Assembly: GCA_031316235.1 (NCBI GenBank) | Contig: JALDRA010000001.1 | Coordinates: 450,001 to 482,000 of the forward strand | Reading direction: 5' to 3' | Source: Candidatus Scalindua sp. | GTDB taxonomy: Bacteria > Planctomycetota > Brocadiia > Brocadiales > Scalinduaceae | DNA length: 32,000 nt | Part shown: positions 16,826 through 24,901 of the stretch, piece after piece | How the letters are laid out: every line of letters starts with the position of its first letter | Position numbering within the stretch: position 1 is the first letter of the stretch | The notes under the pieces: model-generated | What the model saw: only the letters and a program-made list of their open reading frames with translations | Told to the model about the DNA's origin: nothing | Databases searched by the model: none | Made by a program: the position numbers and the translations under genes

Positions 16826-18523
16826 ATGAAACGTGTGCTGAAAATTACTGTCACATTGCTCCATTCCCGATACTGGTTAGTGTTAATGCTCCTAGCCGTG
16901 TCCTTTGTGGGGATATTTGACCATGACCTCTGGACATCCGATGAACCCCGTGTTGCTGAAATCGGGAGAGAATTTCTTGACGATGACGCTTCTCTCGCTG
17001 TACCGACGCTTGGCAGAGAGCCATTTCTGGAAAAGCCACCTCTCTATTTCTGGTGCGTGGCCCTCTCTTACAAGACCTTTGGAGGCCCATCGGCCAGTGC
17101 CGCCAGAATCCCTTCTGTATTCTTCGGACTTGGGACTCTTCTCTTTACCTATCTCCTTGCCAGGAAAATGTATGGCAGAAACAGTGCTCTCTGGTCATGT
17201 ATGGTCCTTGCCTTAAGCACTGAATACTTTACTATTACGCATAAATCACTCGTGGATATCTCTCTTGTATTTTTTGTGACAGGGACCGTTTACTGGCTCT
17301 ATCTGGCACTGACTGAGAAGAAAGATAAAAAAATGATCTATTATGCCCTGTGCTATCTCTTCGCCACCGGTGCTTTTTTTACGAAGGGATTTCTGGGCCT
17401 TGCGCTCCCAGCCCTGGTTTTTATCTGTTCGATAGCATGGACAAGGCAATGGAGTGAGCTAAAAAAAGCCAGGCTCTGGATGGGTTTCCTTATTGTTGGT
17501 GCTGGAATCAGCCTCTGGCTTTCTGACCTCTGGAAGGAAGGTTCCTGGGAATATATCAGTACATTCCTGGTGCATAACAACCTGCAGCGTTTTATGCCCG
17601 GGACGGGATATTCCGGGGGGCACGAAAAGCCATTTTATTACTACATGTGTGTGTATTGGAGTGCGTTTGCACCGTGGAGTGTATTGACACCCGCCATACT
17701 CCTCTATATCTGCCGTAAAGGGTTCCAGGAGAAGCAGATACTCTTTCCTGTTTTGTGGTTTCTCTCAGGCTTCCTCCTGCTCTCACTTGCCGAGACAAAG
17801 CGCTCTATCTATATTGTACCTCTTTTACCCCCCATTTCGATACTTACGGGTGCATGGTTCAGTGATTTGGAGACCCGCAGGGCTGAAGGCCGGTTAGATA
17901 GAGCCGGCCAGTGGTGTATCATCGGTATCTCTGTCATGTGCGTTGTTTTATTTCCCGTATTGGCTTTTAAGTACGACTTGTATAAGAGTGTTACGTTTAT
18001 TGTATTCATGCCCGTAATTCTCATTGGTTCTATCGCTCCCATTCACTCATTTATCAGGTGCAGGGTTATTAAGCTATATGGATTACCCATACTTTTGAGC
18101 ATGCTGTATCTCTCTTTTGTACTGGTTTCCTATCCATACATTAATAAGCACAAATCAATGAAACCTTTTTGTGATACCCTGGGCAGACTACAGGCAGTAA
18201 AAGGAAAAACTATCTATGCCTTCTGCCCCGATGAGACCACAGAGGCGGTAATACCATTCTATACCGGTAATTATGTCACACCGATCTGGGAGCTGGAGGA
18301 GATGAAAGCTGTTGGAAGAGAGAGAGATGCACTGGTCCTTGTTGTAGACAAACACGAGAACAGACCTCTCTATAACAGTCTCAGTGAACTGTTTTGCAAC
18401 ACCATCGTTTCAGGACAGACAGGAAGAAGGCGTATGGTGCTGCTCAGTAATTTCAGTACATTAAACCATGAAGAGGAGCACTACACCTCCATATTCGGGA
18501 ACATGAATAAAGGAACCAATTAA
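16826..18523 (+). CDS. ArnT/PMT-family GT-C glycosyltransferase (paralogue 3, tandem pair member)
   Basis: The track ORF starts at ATG 16784. ATG 16826 (MKRVLKITVTLLHSRYWLVLMLLAVSFVGIFDHDLW) aligns with the N-terminus of the downstream paralogue. Motifs are SDEPRVAEIGREF and PFLEKPPLYFW. The protein is polytopic with a soluble C-terminal domain. Confidence 0.8.
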   Translation: MKRVLKITVTLLHSRYWLVLMLLAVSFVGIFDHDLWTSDEPRVAEIGREFLDDDASLAVPTLGREPFLEKPPLYFWCVALSYKTFGGPSASAARIPSVFFGLGTLLFTYLLARKMYGRNSALWSCMVLALSTEYFTITHKSLVDISLVFFVTGTVYWLYLALTEKKDKKMIYYALCYLFATGAFFTKGFLGLALPALVFICSIAWTRQWSELKKARLWMGFLIVGAGISLWLSDLWKEGSWEYISTFLVHNNLQRFMPGTGYSGGHEKPFYYYMCVYWSAFAPWSVLTPAILLYICRKGFQEKQILFPVLWFLSGFLLLSLAETKRSIYIVPLLPPISILTGAWFSDLETRRAEGRLDRAGQWCIIGISVMCVVLFPVLAFKYDLYKSVTFIVFMPVILIGSIAPIHSFIRCRVIKLYGLPILLSMLYLSFVLVSYPYINKHKSMKPFCDTLGRLQAVKGKTIYAFCPDETTEAVIPFYTGNYVTPIWELEEMKAVGRERDALVLVVDKHENRPLYNSLSELFCNTIVSGQTGRRRMVLLSNFSTLNHEEEHYTSIFGNMNKGTN

Positions 18524-18524
18524 C

Positions 18525-18602
18525 CATTAACATATCTTAATCTTTCCTTCATAATTTATTAACCTTTGCTTCACCATTTCTTAATGCTTGACTTTATATA
18601 CT
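18525..18602 (+). promoter_or_regulatory. Extended phased hexamer array plus -10 box upstream of GT-C paralogue 4
   Basis: 18525 CATTAA, 18536 CTTAAT, 18547 CTTCAT, (18558 ATTAAC), 18569 CTTCAC, 18580 CTTAAT, all on an 11-bp register. The -10 box is TATATA at 18595-18600 or TATACT at 18597-18602. The array starts 2 bp after the stop of the upstream paralogue. Confidence 0.5.
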
Positions 18603-18722
18603 TTGCATACATACTGGGTAATTGTACTGCAGGCCTGCCTGTGCCTGGTAGTAAGTCGTCTGGCAGGTGCCACCGTAACCATTAGATGAGTATCACTCCG
18701 TAAAGAGGGTACTTTACAATAA

Positions 18723-20351
18723 ATGAACAAGTTAGCATTCAAATTTCCCGATTCTCAATACTGGATTGCCACCCTGATCCTCGCCGTGTCTTGTGTGGGG
18801 ATATTTGGCCATGATCTCTGGCCATCAGATGAGCCACGTGTTGCTGAAATCGGGAGGGAGTTCCTTGATGACGGTGCATCTCTGGCTGTACCACGGCTTG
18901 GCGGAGAACCATTTCTGGAAAAACCTCCTCTCTATTTCTGGTGCGTGGCCCTCTCTTATAAGGCATTTGGCGGTCACTCGGCAGGCGCAGCGAGACTCCC
19001 CTCGCTATTTTTCAGTATTGGAACTCTTCTCTTTACCTATCTCCTTGCCGGAAGGATGTATGGCAGAAACAGTGCTCTCTGGTCCTGTGTGATCCTTGTC
19101 TTAAGCCTTGAGTTTTTTTCAATTGCCCATAAATCGCTTGTTGATTCTTCTCTCGTCTTTTTCGTAACCGGAACTATTTACTGGCTTCATTCAGCCTTAA
19201 CCGCGGAGAATGATAAAAAGGGAGTTTTTTATACTCTCTCCTATATCTTTGGGACCGGGGCATTTTATTCTAAAGGGTTTCTTGGCCTTGCATTTCCAGC
19301 CATGCTGTTTATCTGCTGGATTGTGTTGACAAGAGATTGGAGTGAGATAAAAAGAGCCAGACTCTGGAGCGGAATCCTTATCGTTTGTGCCGGAATCGGT
19401 ATCTGGTTTTTTGCCCTCTGGAAAGAAGGTTCCTGGGAATATATCATTACATTTCTCGGACATAACAACCTGCAGCGTGTTCTCCCCGGGGCAACCTATA
19501 CAGGTGGGCATGAACACCCTTCTTACTATTACCTGGTTCGCTATTGGCGTGCGTTTGCACCATGGAGTATATTGACGCCGGCCGTAATTTATCATGTCTA
19601 TCGTAAGGGGTCCCGGGATAAAAACAGTCTCTTTCTTGTTCTGTGGTTTGCCTCCGGTTTCCTTATGCTCTCGCTTGCCGGAACCAAACGGCCTCTCTAT
19701 CTTGTCCCTCTTTTTCCCGCCCTTTCGATACTTACGGGTGCATGGTTTAACGATGTGGAAACACGCGTAACTCAGGGAAGATTAGTCAGCATAAGCCAAT
19801 GGTCTGTTATGTGTATTTCCTTTATCAGTATTGCTACAGCAGCTATTGCTGCTTTTAAGTACGACCTGCACAAGAGTGTTGCGTTTATTGTATTGATGCC
19901 CGTAATTCTCATCTCTTTTATCGCTCTCTTTCACTCTTTTATTACGCATAAGTGTATTAAATTATCTGGATTATCCATAGTGATGATGCCGATTTATCTA
20001 TCGTTTGTGCTGGTTTCCTATCCATATCTAAACGAAAACAGAAGCCTCAAGCCTTTCTGTAATGAGTTAGGTCAAATAGCTGCAATAAAAGAACAACCCC
20101 TTTATGCCTTCCAGCCGGGTGAGATTGAAAGGGCTATGGTACCCTTCTATACCGGATATTATATTACACCAATACAGAGTTTAGTTGAGATGAAATCCAT
20201 GGCCGGAAGCAAAGATGTGCTTGTCCTTGTATTGGATGAGCGTAACAGCAGGCCTTTATATAACAGCCTCAAGGATATATTTCCAGATGTTCTCGTTTCA
20301 GGACAATCTGGCAAAAGACATATGGTACTCATGACTAATAAAGGAAAATAA
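18723..20351 (+). CDS. ArnT/PMT-family GT-C glycosyltransferase (paralogue 4, tandem pair member)
   Basis: 542 aa, colinear with 16826-18523 and by eye roughly two-thirds identical. It has the same SDEPRVAEIGREF and PFLEKPPLYFW motifs. Its stop lies 3 nt before the arnB start. Confidence 0.8.
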   Translation: MNKLAFKFPDSQYWIATLILAVSCVGIFGHDLWPSDEPRVAEIGREFLDDGASLAVPRLGGEPFLEKPPLYFWCVALSYKAFGGHSAGAARLPSLFFSIGTLLFTYLLAGRMYGRNSALWSCVILVLSLEFFSIAHKSLVDSSLVFFVTGTIYWLHSALTAENDKKGVFYTLSYIFGTGAFYSKGFLGLAFPAMLFICWIVLTRDWSEIKRARLWSGILIVCAGIGIWFFALWKEGSWEYIITFLGHNNLQRVLPGATYTGGHEHPSYYYLVRYWRAFAPWSILTPAVIYHVYRKGSRDKNSLFLVLWFASGFLMLSLAGTKRPLYLVPLFPALSILTGAWFNDVETRVTQGRLVSISQWSVMCISFISIATAAIAAFKYDLHKSVAFIVLMPVILISFIALFHSFITHKCIKLSGLSIVMMPIYLSFVLVSYPYLNENRSLKPFCNELGQIAAIKEQPLYAFQPGEIERAMVPFYTGYYITPIQSLVEMKSMAGSKDVLVLVLDERNSRPLYNSLKDIFPDVLVSGQSGKRHMVLMTNKGK

Positions 20352-20354
20352 CAT

Positions 20355-21521
20355 ATGACCAGAAATAGTTTTCTCCCATTTTCAAGACCAGACATCGGCC
20401 AGGCAGAGATTAACGAAGTTGTCAGGGTTCTCTCCTCCGGATGGATAACCTCCGGCCCAAAAGCAGCATCCTTTGAGAAGGCATTTGCAGAATATGTCGG
20501 CTGCCCCTACGCATTGGCCCTGACCTCCTGCACTGCAGGCCTCCATCTGGCGATGGAAATAGTCGATCTGCAGCCTGGTGATGAAGTAATCACTACCTCT
20601 CTCACCTGGCCGGCAACCGTAAATATGATTCACCTGTGTGGAGGGAGACCGGTATTTGTTGATGTGGAACGGGAGACCTTCAATCTCGATGTGTCACAGG
20701 TTGAAAAAGCCGTTACGAAACGGACAAGGGCAATCCTCCCGGTTCACTTTGCCGGTCAGGCTTGTGAACTTGAAAAACTCAGGGAGATTTGTAAAGGTCA
20801 CGGTATCGTGTTAATCGAAGATGCTGCCCATGCCATTGGCAGTGAGTACAAGGGAAAGCGAATTGGTTCCGGGGACAATATGGCAGTTTTCAGCTTTCAC
20901 CCTATCAAGAACATGACTACCGGAGAAGGCGGCATGATCACAACACACGACGAAGAGACCTATGAAAGGCTTCGTCTCTTACGGTTCCACGGAGTTGATA
21001 AAGACGCATGGAAGCGGTATGGCAGCGCCGAAAAGGAAGGCTATGATCTGATAATTCCGGGGTGGAAGTACAATATGACCGACATTCAGGCTGCGCTGGG
21101 TCTCGTTCAATTGGAGCGCCTGGATACAATGATCGAAAAGCGCATGACGCTGGCCTCGCTGTATGATGATCTGCTCATGGAAGTAGAAGGGATAACACGT
21201 CCCCGCAGGGTCCTCTACGATATAAGACACTCCTGGCACCTCTATACGATACTGGTGGACAAGGAGAAAGCAGGGATATCACGTGATGAATTCATGCAGG
21301 AGATGAAGAAACGGAACATAGGAACTGGTATTCATTTTCTTGCCGTTCACCAGTTATCGTTTTACCGAAAGCATTATCCCTTACCTGACGGTTCGCTGCC
21401 GGAAACCGTATTTATATCAGAAAGAGTCGTTTCCCTTCCACTCTATTCCGGTATGAATGAAAGTGATGTACACGACGTAGTTGCAGCAATCAGGGATATA
21501 ATTGAGAAATTCGGAAAATGA
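20355..21521 (+). CDS. arnB: UDP-4-amino-4-deoxy-L-arabinose--oxoglutarate aminotransferase (DegT/DnrJ/EryC1 family)
   Basis: 388 aa. SFLPFSRPDIGQAEINEVVRVLSSGWITSGPK matches E. coli ArnB [32 protein letters not shown] as recalled. VFSFHPIKNMTTGEGG contains the PLP-lysine motif. Confidence 0.9.
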   Translation: MTRNSFLPFSRPDIGQAEINEVVRVLSSGWITSGPKAASFEKAFAEYVGCPYALALTSCTAGLHLAMEIVDLQPGDEVITTSLTWPATVNMIHLCGGRPVFVDVERETFNLDVSQVEKAVTKRTRAILPVHFAGQACELEKLREICKGHGIVLIEDAAHAIGSEYKGKRIGSGDNMAVFSFHPIKNMTTGEGGMITTHDEETYERLRLLRFHGVDKDAWKRYGSAEKEGYDLIIPGWKYNMTDIQAALGLVQLERLDTMIEKRMTLASLYDDLLMEVEGITRPRRVLYDIRHSWHLYTILVDKEKAGISRDEFMQEMKKRNIGTGIHFLAVHQLSFYRKHYPLPDGSLPETVFISERVVSLPLYSGMNESDVHDVVAAIRDIIEKFGK

Positions 21522-21525
21522 GTAT

Positions 21526-21666
21526 GTATCCTCATCTCATAATGGTTTTCGGATAAAATCCGAGATAAAATTGAGCGAGTAAGGCCCTCGGCGTTTTTTG
21601 TCCGGGGATACCTTCACCAGGATTTGGTTTCCGGTAAAACCGAAAACCAAATCGGTTTTAGTATAT
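21526..21666 (+). repeat. MITE-like intergenic repeat, copy B (carries a ~27-bp internal insertion)
   Basis: It aligns with copy C and with the reverse complement of copy A. The left end is degenerate (GTATCCT versus ATATACT). An extra segment, AGGCCCTCGGCGTTTTTTGTCCGGGGA, sits between GAGCGAGTA and TACCTTCACC. The copy lies in the 274-bp gap between arnB and arnC. Confidence 0.8.
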
Positions 21667-21801
21667 GATGTTTTAAGAGATATCCCATTGCCGGTAAACG
21701 GTAATTACCTGAATATCTGCGCATTGAGGTTGAGAGGATGAGATCAGTTTTACTATGTTCATGGCAGATGTTTGCTTTCGGGAAAGGAATGAGCGTTGTT
21801 A

Positions 21802-22758
21802 ATGGAAAATAAAATACCTTATCTTTCAGTAGTGGTACCTGTATTTAATGAGGAAAAGAATATCAGGGAACTTGCAGAACGTCTGAATATGGCCTTGAAG
21901 GATGTGGGACGTCTTTATGAAATACTATTCATCGATGATGGAAGTTCTGATAATTCACTCAAAATCCTCAAGCACTGCCAGACTGAGATTCCCGGCATAA
22001 CGATAATAGAATTCAACCGGAATTATGGGCAGCATGCCGCTATTTTTGCCGGATTTGAAAAAAGTTCAGGAGAGATAGTTGTAACGCTGGATGCCGATCT
22101 TCAAAATCCTCCGGAAGAGATCCCGAAACTTTTAAACAAGGCGGAGGAGGGATTCGAAGTCGTTGCAACTGTGCGTACAAATCGTAAAGATTCAATTTTC
22201 AGAAGGGGTGCCTCTTATGTAATAAACAGGATCACGGCAAAAATTACCGGTGTCAATCTTAAGGATTACGGCTGTATGTTACGGGCATATAGAAGAAACA
22301 TAGTTCAACTGATGTGCGAATCAAAGGAAATCTCAACTTTTATTCCCGTCCTCGCCACATCATATGCCAAGAATACGACCGAAATCGAGGTGAAACATGA
22401 TCCGCGTCGCGGTGATGAGACAAAATACAGCCTTACCCGTCTTATCTCGCTCCAATTTGATCTCATGACCAGTTTCTCAATCTGGCCGCTGAGGATGCTC
22501 ATGCTTGTTGGACTCGTGGTTTCACTGGCAGGAGTTGGTTTCGGTGTTTTCCTCCTCGCGGTAAGAATAATTATGGGAAGTGAATGGGCAGCCGAGGGTG
22601 TTTTTACCCTCTTTGCCGTACTCTTTTTCTTCGTGGGCGGGCAGTTTCTCGCCTTTGGCCTTCTCGGAGAATACATTGGAAGAATCTACTCCGAGGTGAG
22701 GAGAAGACCGAGGTTTGTAATCGAGAATGTACACACAAAGGAGAAAAATAAGGAATGA
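21802..22758 (+). CDS. arnC: Undecaprenyl-phosphate 4-deoxy-4-formamido-L-arabinose transferase (GT2)
   Basis: LSVVVPVFNEE..YEILFIDDGSSDNS..NRNYGQHAAIFAGF..TLDADLQNPPEEIPKLL..DYGCMLRAYRR..WAAEGVFTLFAVLFFFVGGQF..GEYIGRIYSEVRRRPRF is colinear with E. coli ArnC as recalled. The track start 21796 is TTG; the first ATG is 21802. Confidence 0.9.
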   Translation: MENKIPYLSVVVPVFNEEKNIRELAERLNMALKDVGRLYEILFIDDGSSDNSLKILKHCQTEIPGITIIEFNRNYGQHAAIFAGFEKSSGEIVVTLDADLQNPPEEIPKLLNKAEEGFEVVATVRTNRKDSIFRRGASYVINRITAKITGVNLKDYGCMLRAYRRNIVQLMCESKEISTFIPVLATSYAKNTTEIEVKHDPRRGDETKYSLTRLISLQFDLMTSFSIWPLRMLMLVGLVVSLAGVGFGVFLLAVRIIMGSEWAAEGVFTLFAVLFFFVGGQFLAFGLLGEYIGRIYSEVRRRPRFVIENVHTKEKNKE

Positions 22759-23678
22759 GGATCATTGTAATGGGGTATCACGCTATTGGATGCCGATGTC
22801 TTAAATATCTCATAGAGGAGAAAGAGCATATAGTGGCAATCTTCACTCACAAAGATAATCCCGGTGAGAACCTGTTCTTTGATTCGATGACTGAACTCGC
22901 CCGATTGCATGGTATCCCCTGCTACATGCCGGAACATATCAATACCCATGAGTGGATATCACTGATAGAAGGGCTTTCTCCCGACGTCATATTCTCGTTT
23001 TACTACCGTAATTTAGTTTCTCGGCAAATCCTTGATATCCCGAGGCTCGGAGCCATAAATCTCCACGGTTCACTTCTCCCAGAATACAGGGGGCGCTGCC
23101 CCGTTAACTGGGTGCTGGTAAATGGAGAGAAAGAGACAGGGGTTACCCTTCATTATATGGTGGAAAAAGCTGATGCCGGTGACATCATTGCACAAAGGAA
23201 AATTCCTGTTTTATTCGATGATACCGCCTATAGTCTTTACAAAAAAACGGAGAAGGAGGCCGTAACAATTCTTGATGAAACATTGCCACTGATAAAAAAG
23301 GGAAAAAACAACAGGATACCGCAGGATCTGTCACGCGGTACGTATTTCGGAGGAAGAAAACCTGATGACGGAAGGATACACTGGGAAAGGAAGAATTCTG
23401 AAATCTATAACCTTGTAAGGGCGGTAACCCACCCCTGGCCGGGTGCCTTCTGCTTTTTCAGAGAGAAGAAGGTCTTTATCTGGCAATGTCTGCCTTTATC
23501 TGTCAATGGTCATCACAAACCTGGTAATTTGATCTCTTTTGATAAGGAGGGAATAATTGCAGCTGCCGGCAAAGGGACACTATTATTGAAAAGATGTCAG
23601 ATAGAGGGAGAAGAAGAAAAAAGCGGTTATGAATTTGCCCAGACATATGTTCTCCGTGAAGGAGAAATGTTTACTTAG
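22755..23678 (+). CDS. arnA: UDP-L-Ara4N formyltransferase (stand-alone homologue of the ArnA N-terminal domain)
   Basis: 307 aa. [46 protein letters not shown] matches E. coli ArnA [46 protein letters not shown] as recalled. The start overlaps the arnC stop (ATGA at 22755-22758). Confidence 0.85.
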   Translation: [307 protein letters not shown]

Positions 23679-23713
23679 TGTCGGGAAGATAACTGTCCAT
23701 CTACTGCGTTATG

Positions 23714-23769
23714 GTAATAATTCCGTAATCCTCACGTACTTGAGTACGTTCCGGTTACACAATTATTAC
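23714..23769. other. 56-nt imperfect nested hairpin in the spacer between the two arnA halves
   Basis: GTAATAATT (23714-23722) pairs with AATTATTAC (23761-23769). GTAA (23725-23728) pairs with TTAC (23755-23758). ACGTAC (23734-23739) pairs with GTACGT (23744-23749) around a TTGA loop. Confidence 0.5.
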
Positions 23770-23848
23770 ACGCCTTGTCCCTGGGCAGTTCTCGTCCAAA
23801 CACCGGGTTTCTATTCAAGCACTACTTAGCATTTAAAAGGAGAAAAAA

Positions 23849-24901
23849 ATGAAGATTCTTATTTTAGGCGTAAACGGTTTTATTGGACATAGTCTTGTCA
23901 ATCGGATTTTAGAATTAACTGACTGGAAAGTATTTGGCATGGATCTGTCATCTTCGAAGCTGACAGATTCAATACACAATTCACGATTCCACTTTATTGA
24001 AGGTGATATCTCTATCCACAGGGAGTGGGTTGAGTATCACATCAAAAAGTGCGATGTGATTCTTCCCCTTGTAGCCATTGCAACACCTGCTCATTATGTT
24101 AAAGAACCGCTTCGGGTTTTTGAGCTTGGTTTTGAAGAAAACCTCCGCATCGTTCGCCTGTGTGTGAAATACGGCAAAAGAATCCTGTTTCCATCGACTT
24201 CTGAAGTATATGGTATGTGTGACGAACCAGAATTTTCGGAGGAGACGAGCAACTTTGTACTTGGCCCCATAAAGAAGCAGCGGTGGATTTACTCATGCGC
24301 AAAACAGCTTCTTGACAGAGTCATCTGGGCATACGGGTCTGAAGGAAGGCTGGATTTTACCCTTTTCAGGCCCTTCAACTGGATAGGCCCAAGGCTTGAT
24401 GACATCGATGCCGCCAAAGAAGGCAGTTCCAGGGTAGTAACACAGTTCATTATAAATATTGTGATGAACGAGCCGCTCAGACTGGTTGATGGGGGAATGC
24501 AGAAAAGATGCTTTACGTATATAGATGACGGGATAGATTGCTTAATGAAGATTATTGAAAACAGAAATAGCGTGTGCAGCGGAGAGATTTTCAACATCGG
24601 TAACCCGAATAACGATTGCAGTATGAGGGAGCTTGCTGAGAGACTGCTTGATTTGTACAGGAAACATCCTGAAACAGAGGCGTATGCAAGTACCTCTCGA
24701 ATCCTTAACGTAAATTCGAATGAGTACTATGGTGAGGGATACCAGGATATCGTTGCAAGGAAACCCTCGATAAAAAAGGCTCAGGAGCTCTTAGGATGGG
24801 AACCTCAGATAAACCTGGACAAAGCTCTTGAAAATACTCTTGATTTCTTTATCGAGGAAAGCAAGGTAAATGGTTTGATATGCGCATCTACAGCCATTTA
24901 A
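23849..24901 (+). CDS. arnA: UDP-glucuronate oxidative decarboxylase (stand-alone homologue of the ArnA C-terminal SDR domain)
   Basis: 350 aa. MKILILGVNGFIGHSLVNRILE is the Rossmann GxxGxxG motif (Ec ArnA RVLILGVNGFIGNHL). The catalytic YSCAKQ (YxxxK) is present. An AAAGGAG RBS precedes ATG 23849. Confidence 0.85.
   Translation: MKILILGVNGFIGHSLVNRILELTDWKVFGMDLSSSKLTDSIHNSRFHFIEGDISIHREWVEYHIKKCDVILPLVAIATPAHYVKEPLRVFELGFEENLRIVRLCVKYGKRILFPSTSEVYGMCDEPEFSEETSNFVLGPIKKQRWIYSCAKQLLDRVIWAYGSEGRLDFTLFRPFNWIGPRLDDIDAAKEGSSRVVTQFIINIVMNEPLRLVDGGMQKRCFTYIDDGIDCLMKIIENRNSVCSGEIFNIGNPNNDCSMRELAERLLDLYRKHPETEAYASTSRILNVNSNEYYGEGYQDIVARKPSIKKAQELLGWEPQINLDKALENTLDFFIEESKVNGLICASTAI

Noticed and set aside
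23629-23829. 66-aa plus-strand ORF, considered as a possible ArnE/ArnF-like small membrane protein
   Set aside because: It overlaps the arnA-FT 3' end, is not hydrophobic enough for a four-TM SMR protein, and spans the hairpin spacer.
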